Sequence record: NC_030884.1
DNA: 32,995 nt
Direction: 5' to 3' (one strand)
The stretch's first letter is position 1. Each line of letters begins with the position of its first letter. The notes under the pieces are model-generated. The model saw only the letters and a list, made by a program, of their open reading frames with translations. It made no database searches and was not told the DNA's origin. The translations under genes and the position numbers were made by a program. Shown one piece after another: positions 25,772 to 32,995 of the stretch.

Positions 25772-25878
25772 ACAATTTTAATAAGTAATTGACTAAAATA
25801 AAGTGTCACATCTTATAATTCATATAATAAATATAATGTATATAGTTTGTTCTCATTTAGATCATTTAAAATTAAAAT

Positions 25879-26508
25879 ATGTCATATTGTTTAGAAATTA
25901 TTATGAAAATTTTCACTTTTGTTGGATTTACAAAACATTTAGATGAACTAGATTTTGATTACGTAGTAGTCGATAAAACTTTTAATGATATAACTGAAGA
26001 ACAAATTAAGAAATATCAAGAAAAAATAATTTGGAACGAAACGAATACGGATATTAGATGGTTAAGAATTGCAAAACAATTATTAACAATTGTAAATTTT
26101 GCAAAAAATATAGAAGATGATATAATTGCAATTATTGATAGTGATTTAATTATACCAAATTTGAGACAAATTATTCCAAATGAAAGAATTTTTATTCCTT
26201 GCTATTGGCTTTATTATTCCTGGGCAAATGAAATTAGACCATTTTGCAGTGGTACAAATTATATTTTCAGAAAATCATTATTACCATATTTGGAATATAC
26301 AATAAATACATATATAGAAAATGAATATTATAAAGAAATACCAGTTGACATATTTATTCATAATTTTGTTCCGCATATGAACATATTAAAATTAGGAACT
26401 ATTCATTATGTAAAAACTCCAGATAGAGAAATAAAAATGGAATTTAGATATGAAGATATTCCACAAATTTTCAAACATATTCCTGAATTTGTACTTTTGA
26501 TAGGTTGA
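25879..26508 (+). CDS. Glycosyltransferase, GT-A-like (start 25879 or 25903)
   Basis: AIIDSDLII DxD motif; operonic with the GT4 gene. Confidence 0.75.
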   Translation: MSYCLEIIMKIFTFVGFTKHLDELDFDYVVVDKTFNDITEEQIKKYQEKIIWNETNTDIRWLRIAKQLLTIVNFAKNIEDDIIAIIDSDLIIPNLRQIIPNERIFIPCYWLYYSWANEIRPFCSGTNYIFRKSLLPYLEYTINTYIENEYYKEIPVDIFIHNFVPHMNILKLGTIHYVKTPDREIKMEFRYEDIPQIFKHIPEFVLLIG

Positions 26509-26515
26509 TCTGGAA

Positions 26516-27586
26516 ATGCAAACAACTATTTTCTATGTTTATCCTCAACACCACGACGTTTCATTCAAATTTGTAGCTCAAGAACATGTGAAAATGCTAA
26601 GAGAGAAATATATAGTTTATGAAATTCCAACATTATCATTTTACCAATTTACACCTTTTAGATATCCAATTTCAATAATTCATCCCTTATTTTACTCTAT
26701 GTGGAGATGGTCAAAAGTCGAATTTTCATTTTTTGAACAATATAGAACTAGAGTTTCCGCACTTCTAGGAGTTGAAGTAGCAGATACTGATAAAATTGCA
26801 AAACAATATATAGATTATGCAAATAATTATACGGATGGAATGATTTTAAATTCTACTTGGTCAATTAATGCATTTAAAAATTCTGGATTAAAAGTTCCTG
26901 TTTATAAAGTTTTCCATAATTTTAAAGATAGACTTTTGGCGAAAGATGAAGAACTACAATTAGATGATCAAGTTCTATATATTGAAAAATTAAAGAAAGA
27001 GAAGAATTTCAAACTAATATTTATTTCATTATGGCATAGTGATTATAGAAAAGGAGCTGATATTTTTCATGTGATAGCTAAGGAACTACAAAAAGAAAGA
27101 AATGATATATATTTCTTGATAAAAAGCGGTCTCCCAAGAACAGATTTTCAAGATTTAAAAATGTTCAATATCTATGGAAATACTTCTTTTGACAATATCG
27201 TTAAAATGTACAGAATTTCAGATTTATATTTGCTAACTAGTAGAGGCGGAAGTTTCGAATTAAATGGTTTAGAAGCTTTTATAAATAAAATTCCAGCTAT
27301 AGCGACAAAAGGTGGAGCTTGGGAAGACTATTATCCTCTTAACTTGAAAGATCTATTAATTGATAGTTGTAAAAATCCACAAATTTTCCCAGATAATCCG
27401 ATACATATTGGAAATGGAGTTCAAATGTGTATAGAAAAAGCAATAGATAAAATTCTAGATGTTCTAAATAATTATGAAGAATATAAGGCTAAAGTTGAAG
27501 AAAATTACAATTTCTGGATAGAAAACTTTAGTTATAATGCAGTTAAAAAACAGCTATTAAATGTTATAGAAAAATATGCTAACTAA
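26516..27586 (+). CDS. Glycosyltransferase, GT-B/GT4-like (356 aa)
   Basis: YRKGAD, LTSRGGSFELNGLEAF..IPAIAT. Confidence 0.9.
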   Translation: MQTTIFYVYPQHHDVSFKFVAQEHVKMLREKYIVYEIPTLSFYQFTPFRYPISIIHPLFYSMWRWSKVEFSFFEQYRTRVSALLGVEVADTDKIAKQYIDYANNYTDGMILNSTWSINAFKNSGLKVPVYKVFHNFKDRLLAKDEELQLDDQVLYIEKLKKEKNFKLIFISLWHSDYRKGADIFHVIAKELQKERNDIYFLIKSGLPRTDFQDLKMFNIYGNTSFDNIVKMYRISDLYLLTSRGGSFELNGLEAFINKIPAIATKGGAWEDYYPLNLKDLLIDSCKNPQIFPDNPIHIGNGVQMCIEKAIDKILDVLNNYEEYKAKVEENYNFWIENFSYNAVKKQLLNVIEKYAN

Positions 27587-27859
27587 TTAACTAGATCTCC
27601 AAAAATCAATTTCAACAATATAAACTTTACTGTCTTTCACATAATAATTAATTATTGAATTAATATTTTTTCTATATTCACAAATATCAGTTCTTATATT
27701 TCTATCATCATATCTATGCAATAAATCGGCATCTTTAACAATCTCTTCAAATTGGTCATATGAAGCTATTACTTCTTTATTAAATCTTAAATTTATTCTT
27801 ATTATTGTCGAATCTTGGAAAAATTTATCAATAATCGATTTTAATTCTTCAAATTCCAT
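27587..27859 (-). CDS. AcrID1-family paralog (90 aa from ATG 27859)
   Basis: MEFEELKSIIDKFFQDSTI..FEEIVKDAD..NYYVKDSKVYIVEIDFWR. Confidence 0.85.
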   Translation of the reverse strand: MEFEELKSIIDKFFQDSTIIRINLRFNKEVIASYDQFEEIVKDADLLHRYDDRNIRTDICEYRKNINSIINYYVKDSKVYIVEIDFWRSS

Positions 27860-27871
27860 TTTTATCACCTT

Positions 27872-28159
27872 TTATCTTTTTTCACGAAATAGATCAATTT
27901 CTAAGATATTTATAAAACCATCTTCTTTAAAATAATGAATAATAAGCTTAACTACTTTGTTTGATAATTCATAATATACAAATTCATCTGAAGTTATCCA
28001 GGGATCCTTATCTATAAAAGATAGATTTGGTCTCCTTACTAATTCGTTATATTCATTTTCTGTAAGTATTAAAGATCTCTTAAACGCTAAAGTTAACTCA
28101 TCAAGATTTTTTTCTTTGAAGAACATGTCTATAATTCGTTTAACTTTCTTTAAATTCAT
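27872..28159 (-). CDS. AcrID1-family paralog (95 aa)
   Basis: MNLKKVKRIIDMFFKEKNLDELTLAF..LTENEYNELV..HYFKEDGFINILEIDLFR. Confidence 0.82.
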   Translation of the reverse strand: MNLKKVKRIIDMFFKEKNLDELTLAFKRSLILTENEYNELVRRPNLSFIDKDPWITSDEFVYYELSNKVVKLIIHYFKEDGFINILEIDLFREKR

Positions 28160-28198
28160 ATCTCATTTCACCTACTTCTATTCCTAGACTGAAAAAAA

Positions 28199-28471
28199 TT
28201 AAACTTCACGCCACATCTTAATTTCTTTTACATAAGCTATATCATCAATCTCTTCATATTTAAATAAGAATTTCGTGAACTCATTTTGTTCAAATTCAAC
28301 TGTAAAAATTGCATTTTTTACAGATGTATTTACGAATTTTTTATCTTTTGTCAACTCATAAAATTCATCACCTGATAATTCAATTGAATCATTAGTTTTA
28401 ATTATGATTTCCTTTATTTCAGCATTTTTTGAAAATATATTAACAAGTTCTTTTAATTCTTTAAATTTCAT
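28199..28471 (-). CDS. AcrID1-family paralog (90 aa)
   Basis: MKFKELKELVNIFSKNAEIKEI..ELSGDEFYELTK..YVKEIKMWR; GTC-type promoter at 28506..28521(-). Confidence 0.85.
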   Translation of the reverse strand: MKFKELKELVNIFSKNAEIKEIIIKTNDSIELSGDEFYELTKDKKFVNTSVKNAIFTVEFEQNEFTKFLFKYEEIDDIAYVKEIKMWREV

Positions 28472-28620
28472 TTACCTATTCACCACCTTCAAAAATCTAA
28501 AAGAATTATGACATTTTTAAATCTTTATTTTTTGGAATAAGTAGGATTAATATTTGGAATTTGAGAAAAATTATCGATAGAATTAGGTAATTAGGAGAAA
28601 AGAAAAAATTTAAAAAAAGA

Positions 28621-28923
28621 TTAACTTTCAAATTGACTTTTTAATTTTTCTGCTATGCTAGAATGCATACACAAAAACTTTTTGTTTCTTTTTACTTTTT
28701 TAACTTTTATGAAAAATATGCCTTTCTCTACTAATCTCATTATCCTGAAATAAGCATATGGTTGATATTTTTGTGCATCTTGTTCAAATAAAGTTAGTTT
28801 ACCATTAGAATTGTACATGGAAATACATAGATCTCCAACCTCATCCTTTTGTGCAATTGAAAAAAACTTTTGTAATAACTCTTTTTGTTTTGACCTTAGA
28901 CTTAACTTTATTTGTTCAGTCAT
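28621..28923 (-). CDS. 100-aa basic hypothetical protein (from ATG 28923), candidate anti-defence gene
   Basis: SD GGTGA and class A promoter directly upstream; the track's 12 extra residues are promoter sequence. Confidence 0.75.
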   Translation of the reverse strand: MTEQIKLSLRSKQKELLQKFFSIAQKDEVGDLCISMYNSNGKLTLFEQDAQKYQPYAYFRIMRLVEKGIFFIKVKKVKRNKKFLCMHSSIAEKLKSQFES

Positions 28924-28954
28924 TTTTCTTTCACCAATATACATTATGTAAAAA

Positions 28955-28994
28955 CTCATATATAAAGCTTTCTCTCAATTTTTACGTTTATAGC
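28955..28994 (-). promoter_or_regulatory. Class A promoter
   Basis: Minus strand AAACGTAAAAATTGAGAGAAAGCTTTATATATGAG. Confidence 0.72.
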
Positions 28995-29151
28995 TTTCTA
29001 CTTTTTTATGCTTACAATTTCTGCGGAATTAGTAAAAATATCTAAAAAATGAGAAAAATTATCGATAAAAATAAATAATTATAAGAAAATAAGAAATTAG
29101 AAATACTAGAAATAATATTAAGAACTTGAAAAAAATTATTGATAAAAAAAA

Positions 29152-29601
29152 TTAACTTGATAACAAATATGCTAATAAGACAAGAACATCAGTAGGAACA
29201 TTAACGCCTGTGATATCTTTTATCGCATTTAGTAATGAAGATAATCCTTTTATATCTATTTGGCTTTTGCTTGTATCGACTAATAAATTTCCGCTGATAT
29301 CATCTGCTACATTCAGTAAATCGAAATTGACAACTTCATAATCACTTAGAAATATTGGTGGACTTATAGGAATGAAGGAAAATAGTAAATTCCCCTTTTT
29401 ATCGCTCCATAACTTTAGTATTACTTTTTTTGATAACGGAACATAAAACACATCCTTATTGATTGCTTTCTTGATGATATATTGGTATACGCCGAAATGT
29501 GTCTTTATCACAAGCAATGATAGTCTACTACTATCAAGACTATCGTCATTACTGAAAAAATAATATGCTTTAACTTTTTTTTCGACTTGTGCTTTTTCCA
29601 T
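29152..29601 (-). CDS. 149-aa candidate anti-CRISPR (locus syntenic with SIRV2 acrIIIB1)
   Basis: ATG 29601 after SD GGTGA; class A promoter; lies just downstream of pvap, where I recall acrIIIB1 in SIRV2; homology not verified. Confidence 0.55.
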   Translation of the reverse strand: MEKAQVEKKVKAYYFFSNDDSLDSSRLSLLVIKTHFGVYQYIIKKAINKDVFYVPLSKKVILKLWSDKKGNLLFSFIPISPPIFLSDYEVVNFDLLNVADDISGNLLVDTSKSQIDIKGLSSLLNAIKDITGVNVPTDVLVLLAYLLSS

Positions 29602-29630
29602 CCTTTTCACCAATACTATATATGTAAAAA

Positions 29631-29670
29631 CTAGTATATAAAGTTTTCTCTAATCTTTTACATCTCTATT
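29631..29670 (-). promoter_or_regulatory. Class A promoter
   Basis: Minus strand AGAGATGTAAAAGATTAGAGAAAACTTTATATACTAG. Confidence 0.72.
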
Positions 29671-29748
29671 TTTCATCTTCAAAACTTGAAAAATATGCAA
29701 AAATAAAATATAAAAAAGACTAAAAAAATAATACCTTAAAAATTAAAA

Positions 29749-30045
29749 TTATTTAGCTTGCGTATTTGGATTTTGATCTTTTGCTTTTTCTCTAGCTAAT
29801 GAATTTACATCTCTTAAAGTATCCATATTCAATAATGCATTTATTCCAGTTACTGTCGTGTCCTTAATTGATTCAATAGCAATAACTGTACTTTTTGACA
29901 TTTGATCAACAGCTTTAGCAAAATTCTCATTTGACTGCTTTTCATTATATAAGTGTACTATTTCTCCAATTACGAAACTACCAATTAACACTCCTGTTAC
30001 TGCAAAAAATCCATATAGTGCTCCTTCTAATAATGTTATCGCCAT
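29749..30045 (-). CDS. pvap: Virus-associated pyramid protein PVAP/P98 (egress)
   Basis: MAITLLEGALYGFFAVTGVLIGSF..NENFAKAVDQMSKST..AREKAKDQNP matches recalled SIRV2 P98. Confidence 0.95.
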   Translation of the reverse strand: MAITLLEGALYGFFAVTGVLIGSFVIGEIVHLYNEKQSNENFAKAVDQMSKSTVIAIESIKDTTVTGINALLNMDTLRDVNSLAREKAKDQNPNTQAK

Positions 30046-30148
30046 TTTTGGTCAAATAATATTATCAAGAACTAAATAATATAGTTTTCTGTAAATTTAA
30101 AAAAATAAAGAATTTTTCAGAAAGATAGATAATGAAATTAGAAAAGAT

Positions 30149-30403
30149 TCACAATTTTTTAGTACGCACTATTTGAATTTCATATAATAAATCTTTTTCA
30201 TTATCTGTTAACTCCATAGTATTAATTCTTATCTCAATATTATCGTTTAAAGGATAAATAAATTGACTAAATGCTAATTCAATTAATTGCCGATAATCTT
30301 CTTCATTAATTTCAAAAGAAATCTTAAATTTTAAACTTAATTCTTGTATATTAGAATCTTCAAAAAACAAATCTATAATTTTTTTAACTTCTTTAAAACT
30401 TAT
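30149..30403 (-). pseudogene. AcrID1-family paralog with ATA at the expected start (pseudogene or non-canonical start)
   Basis: Leader TTGGGGAAAGAAAA identical to that of acrID1 but followed by ATA; (M)SFKEVKKIIDLFFEDSNIQELSL aligns from residue 1. Confidence 0.6.
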
Positions 30404-30583
30404 TTTTCTTTCCCCAATATTTCCATAAAAATATGACAATTTTATATTTTTACATCTTAAATTTTTCTATCTGCAGAATTAGTATCTGGAAAATGAAAAA
30501 AATTCGGCATAGCTTTAGCTAATATTTAGAAAAGAAAAAAACAAACTAAGAATTAAAAAGAAGAAAAAGAAAAAAAGAAAGAC

Positions 30584-30907
30584 TTACTTTTCAAGTTCAA
30601 TTTTAGTCAATTTTAACATATTGTTTCTTTTTTCAAAAAATAATCTTATGTATCTAGTTTCGTGATATATACCAAATACAGTGCCAAAATCATAATCAAA
30701 TCTGAATTCAATCTTATCATTAAAGATATTGATATTATTTGAATTTATCCCGTAATATTCCATAATTTTTTCAACAATTTCTTTAAGCTGTTTTTCGCTA
30801 AATGTCAGTTCTTTTTTCGTTTTTAACACTTTCCTCTGTACGAATTGATCATTTAAAAAATCTCTAACTACTGAAATTATCTTTTGACTTAATTCTTGAC
30901 CATTCAC
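30584..30907 (-). CDS. 107-aa distant AcrID1-like protein
   Basis: GTG start after GAGGGG; ELTFSEKQLKEIV and LFFEKRNNMLKLTKIEL echo AcrID1 segments; class A promoter. Confidence 0.65.
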   Translation of the reverse strand: MNGQELSQKIISVVRDFLNDQFVQRKVLKTKKELTFSEKQLKEIVEKIMEYYGINSNNINIFNDKIEFRFDYDFGTVFGIYHETRYIRLFFEKRNNMLKLTKIELEK

Positions 30908-30930
30908 CTTTTTCCCCTCATTCTTTCATA

Positions 30931-30980
30931 TGTATCTTCTACTATTTAAATCTTTCTCTATTCTTTTATCTTTCTATCTC
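30931..30980 (-). promoter_or_regulatory. Class A promoter
   Basis: Minus strand ATAGAGAAAGATTTAAATAGTAGAAGATACA. Confidence 0.75.
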
Positions 30981-31120
30981 TTTATCTTTTCACCGTCTTG
31001 ATTTTTCAACCTCCTGAATTAGTATCTGAAAAATGAAAAAAATAGTCCATAGTCTTAGATAATAAAGAAAAAATTAAAAAATAAAAATAAGAAAAAAATT
31101 AATGAAATAAAAAAAGAAAA

Positions 31121-31411
31121 TTATAGCTTAATCTCTCTCCACATTTGTAACTCCATTACGTAATATTTCTCATCTTTCTTATAGTAGACCAATAACATTT
31201 TAACGTACCTTTTTCCTTCTTCCCAATATTCGTAAATGTCAGTTATTACACCGTAATCTTCTGTACCAGTTACCAAGGTACCTTGACCGATTAACTGTTT
31301 AAATTCTTCTGGACTAACTTCAACATCTTCCCTAAATCTCAGCTGTAACTCGTCTACTGTACTGTCTTCAAATACTTGATTTACGATTTGATTTAAGACT
31401 TCATACTTCAC
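31121..31411 (-). CDS. AcrID1-family paralog (96 aa)
   Basis: QVFEDSTVDELQLRFREDVEVSPEEFKQLI..YYKKDEKYYVMELQMWR aligns with AcrID1 without gaps. Confidence 0.88.
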   Translation of the reverse strand: MKYEVLNQIVNQVFEDSTVDELQLRFREDVEVSPEEFKQLIGQGTLVTGTEDYGVITDIYEYWEEGKRYVKMLLVYYKKDEKYYVMELQMWREIKL

Positions 31412-31434
31412 TTTTTACTCACCACTTACATATA

Positions 31435-31485
31435 TGTATCTTCTGCTATATAAATCTTTCTCTATCTTTTTACTTCTCTATCTCT
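31435..31485 (-). promoter_or_regulatory. Class A promoter, mirror of the acrID1 promoter
   Basis: AGAGATAGAGAAGTAAAAAGATAGAGAAAGATTTATATAGCAGAAGATAC, one mismatch to 1511..1560. Confidence 0.8.
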
Positions 31486-31632
31486 TTATTTTTTCACCTC
31501 CTTGATTTTTCAACCTTTACAATTACTATCACAAAACTGAAAAAAACTAAGCATAATCTTAGCTAATTAGGAGAAAAATAAAAATTCTAAAAAGGAGAAT
31601 TAGAACTTACAAATAAAAAAACAAAACTTAAC

Positions 31633-31803
31633 TTACCAACAGTCTTCTAAATATTTCCTGACCTTTTTCTCACTGATTCCTAGTCCGTATGCAATCTCCT
31701 TAACTGTAAACCCTCTTTTGACTAACTCATGAACTATGCTAACTAGGTCATCCTCACTTTCAATATAGTACGTTTCTCCTTCAATTATTACTTCTTTTTT
31801 CAT
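31633..31803 (-). CDS. 56-aa HTH protein, paralog of 1193..1360 (Aca8-like)
   Basis: ATG 31803; YYIESEDDLVS..IAYGLGISEKKVRKYLE; the 92-aa track call runs through the promoter. Confidence 0.85.
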   Translation of the reverse strand: MKKEVIIEGETYYIESEDDLVSIVHELVKRGFTVKEIAYGLGISEKKVRKYLEDCW

Positions 31804-31834
31804 TTCTCTTTCACTGATATCATATATGTAAAAA

Positions 31835-31878
31835 CTCATATATAAATCTTTCTCTAAACTTTTACGTTTGTATCTCTC
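31835..31878 (-). promoter_or_regulatory. Class A promoter straddling the right ITR boundary
   Basis: Minus strand GAGAGATACAAACGTAAAAGTTTAGAGAAAGATTTATATATGAG. Confidence 0.75.
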
Positions 31879-32995
31879 GACTTTCAATAAGAAGTTTCCA
31901 ATTTTTATCATCGCTGCATATATAAATTGAAGGTTCCAATTTTTCTATCTCCAATTTTTTAAAAAAGGCCACTTTTTATTCCTAGCATGAAACAAATTGA
32001 TTACGAGCGGTGAAAAAGTCTAAAAGAATCTATTTTGAACTGAAGAATAATTATATAATTAATAACTACTATCTAGCTAATTAGCTAATATATATAATAT
32101 ACTAATTAACTAATTAGCATAATATACAAATATATAAATATTAAGATATTACGATTGTAATAATATTAATATATATAAAAAAATAATAAAAAAAAGAAGG
32201 ATAGTCCTCACTAACATAATTAAATGCCTTCTGCTAGTATTTAAACTTTTCTCTCTAAACTTCCAATTTCCTCCATTGCAAACGCAAAAAATTGAAGCAT
32301 AAATTACTAATTGCAAACTAAAAATTTGGAAATTATATAATATATTATAATATACGAATATGTTTAGTATATTTATAATTTTCAGCCGTAAAAGTTTTGG
32401 TTTCTCCTAATTATTAATTAATAATTTAATAGCTCCTAATATATATATATCTGGAAATGTATAATTATTTGGAATTTAGGAATTTACAATTAAGCAATTT
32501 TATAATATAAATTTCAACAAATGATAGAATATTTGGAATTTTGTAATTTCCAATTTACATAACTAATTGGAATAATTTTCCAAAGTGAACAATTAATTGG
32601 AATTTTGGAATTTTCAATTTTATTAACTTTTTGTAATAAATTTCCAAGGTGTACAATTTATTGGAATTTAGGAACTTAGGAATTTACAATTTAGTTAACT
32701 TATTGGAATATTTTTACAAGGTGTAGAATTAATTGGAATTTAGGAACTTCCAATTTATTAACTTTATTTTGAAAATTACGCAAAATGACAGAATAATTGG
32801 AATTTAGGAATTTAGGAATTTTCAATTTATTAACTTTGGTGCGAAAAAAACGAAAAAAACGAAAAAAATTGGAATTTCCAATTTATCTCATTAGTTGCGA
32901 AATTTACGCAAAAAATGAAAAAAACTCCTAATACCTTCTTAATGTTTTATAATTGTAGAGTAGTAAAAAGGAAATGGGAGTTTTTTTCATTTTTT
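31860..32995. repeat. Right inverted terminal repeat (1136 bp)
   Basis: Reverse complement of 1..1136; contains AATTTAGGAATTTAGGAATTT at 32801..32821. Confidence 0.95.

Noticed and set aside
28851-29045. 64-aa plus-strand ORF
   Set aside because: Antisense to a class A promoter and the 100-aa gene; no expression signals
31804-31911. N-terminal extension of the right HTH gene (92-aa call)
   Set aside because: Reads through the promoter into the ITR; the equivalent left-end frame is not continuous with the HTH gene
1-32995. DNA polymerase, integrase, transposase, tRNA or rRNA genes
   Set aside because: No motifs seen; absence of a polymerase and integrase is normal for rudiviruses and not a novelty

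Overview
The window is a complete, very AT-rich linear rudivirus genome (Sulfolobus/Saccharolobus rod-shaped virus, SIRV1/SIRV2-like). From recall, not a database search, the 32,995-bp length and the AcrID1 protein at 1585 fit SIRV3. It has 1136-bp inverted terminal repeats (ITRs) whose outer 86 nt fold into an in-register mismatched hairpin. The conserved core encodes a TGT-like enzyme, an APC-type transporter, SvtR, HUH Rep, an SSB/ATPase/Cas4-like nuclease operon, dUTPase, the major capsid protein, three glycosyltransferases, a GNAT, a Holliday junction resolvase, the AcrIII-1 ring nuclease, terminal-fibre and minor virion proteins, a methyltransferase and the PVAP pyramid protein. Both arms are arrays of small, mostly single-gene cassettes built on a repeated terminator/promoter chassis and carry about 9 AcrID1-like paralogs plus other candidate anti-defence genes. 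Signals the ORF track misses include five small genes (an HTH, a C2H2 finger, an RHH, a 46-aa ORF and a start-less tandem-RHH gene), an ATG-to-ATA change at an acr paralog start, an 18-bp palindrome recurring at core/late promoters, and a central copy of the terminal TTTTGCGTAAATT motif. Family names come from motif reading and recalled sequences; no searches were run.
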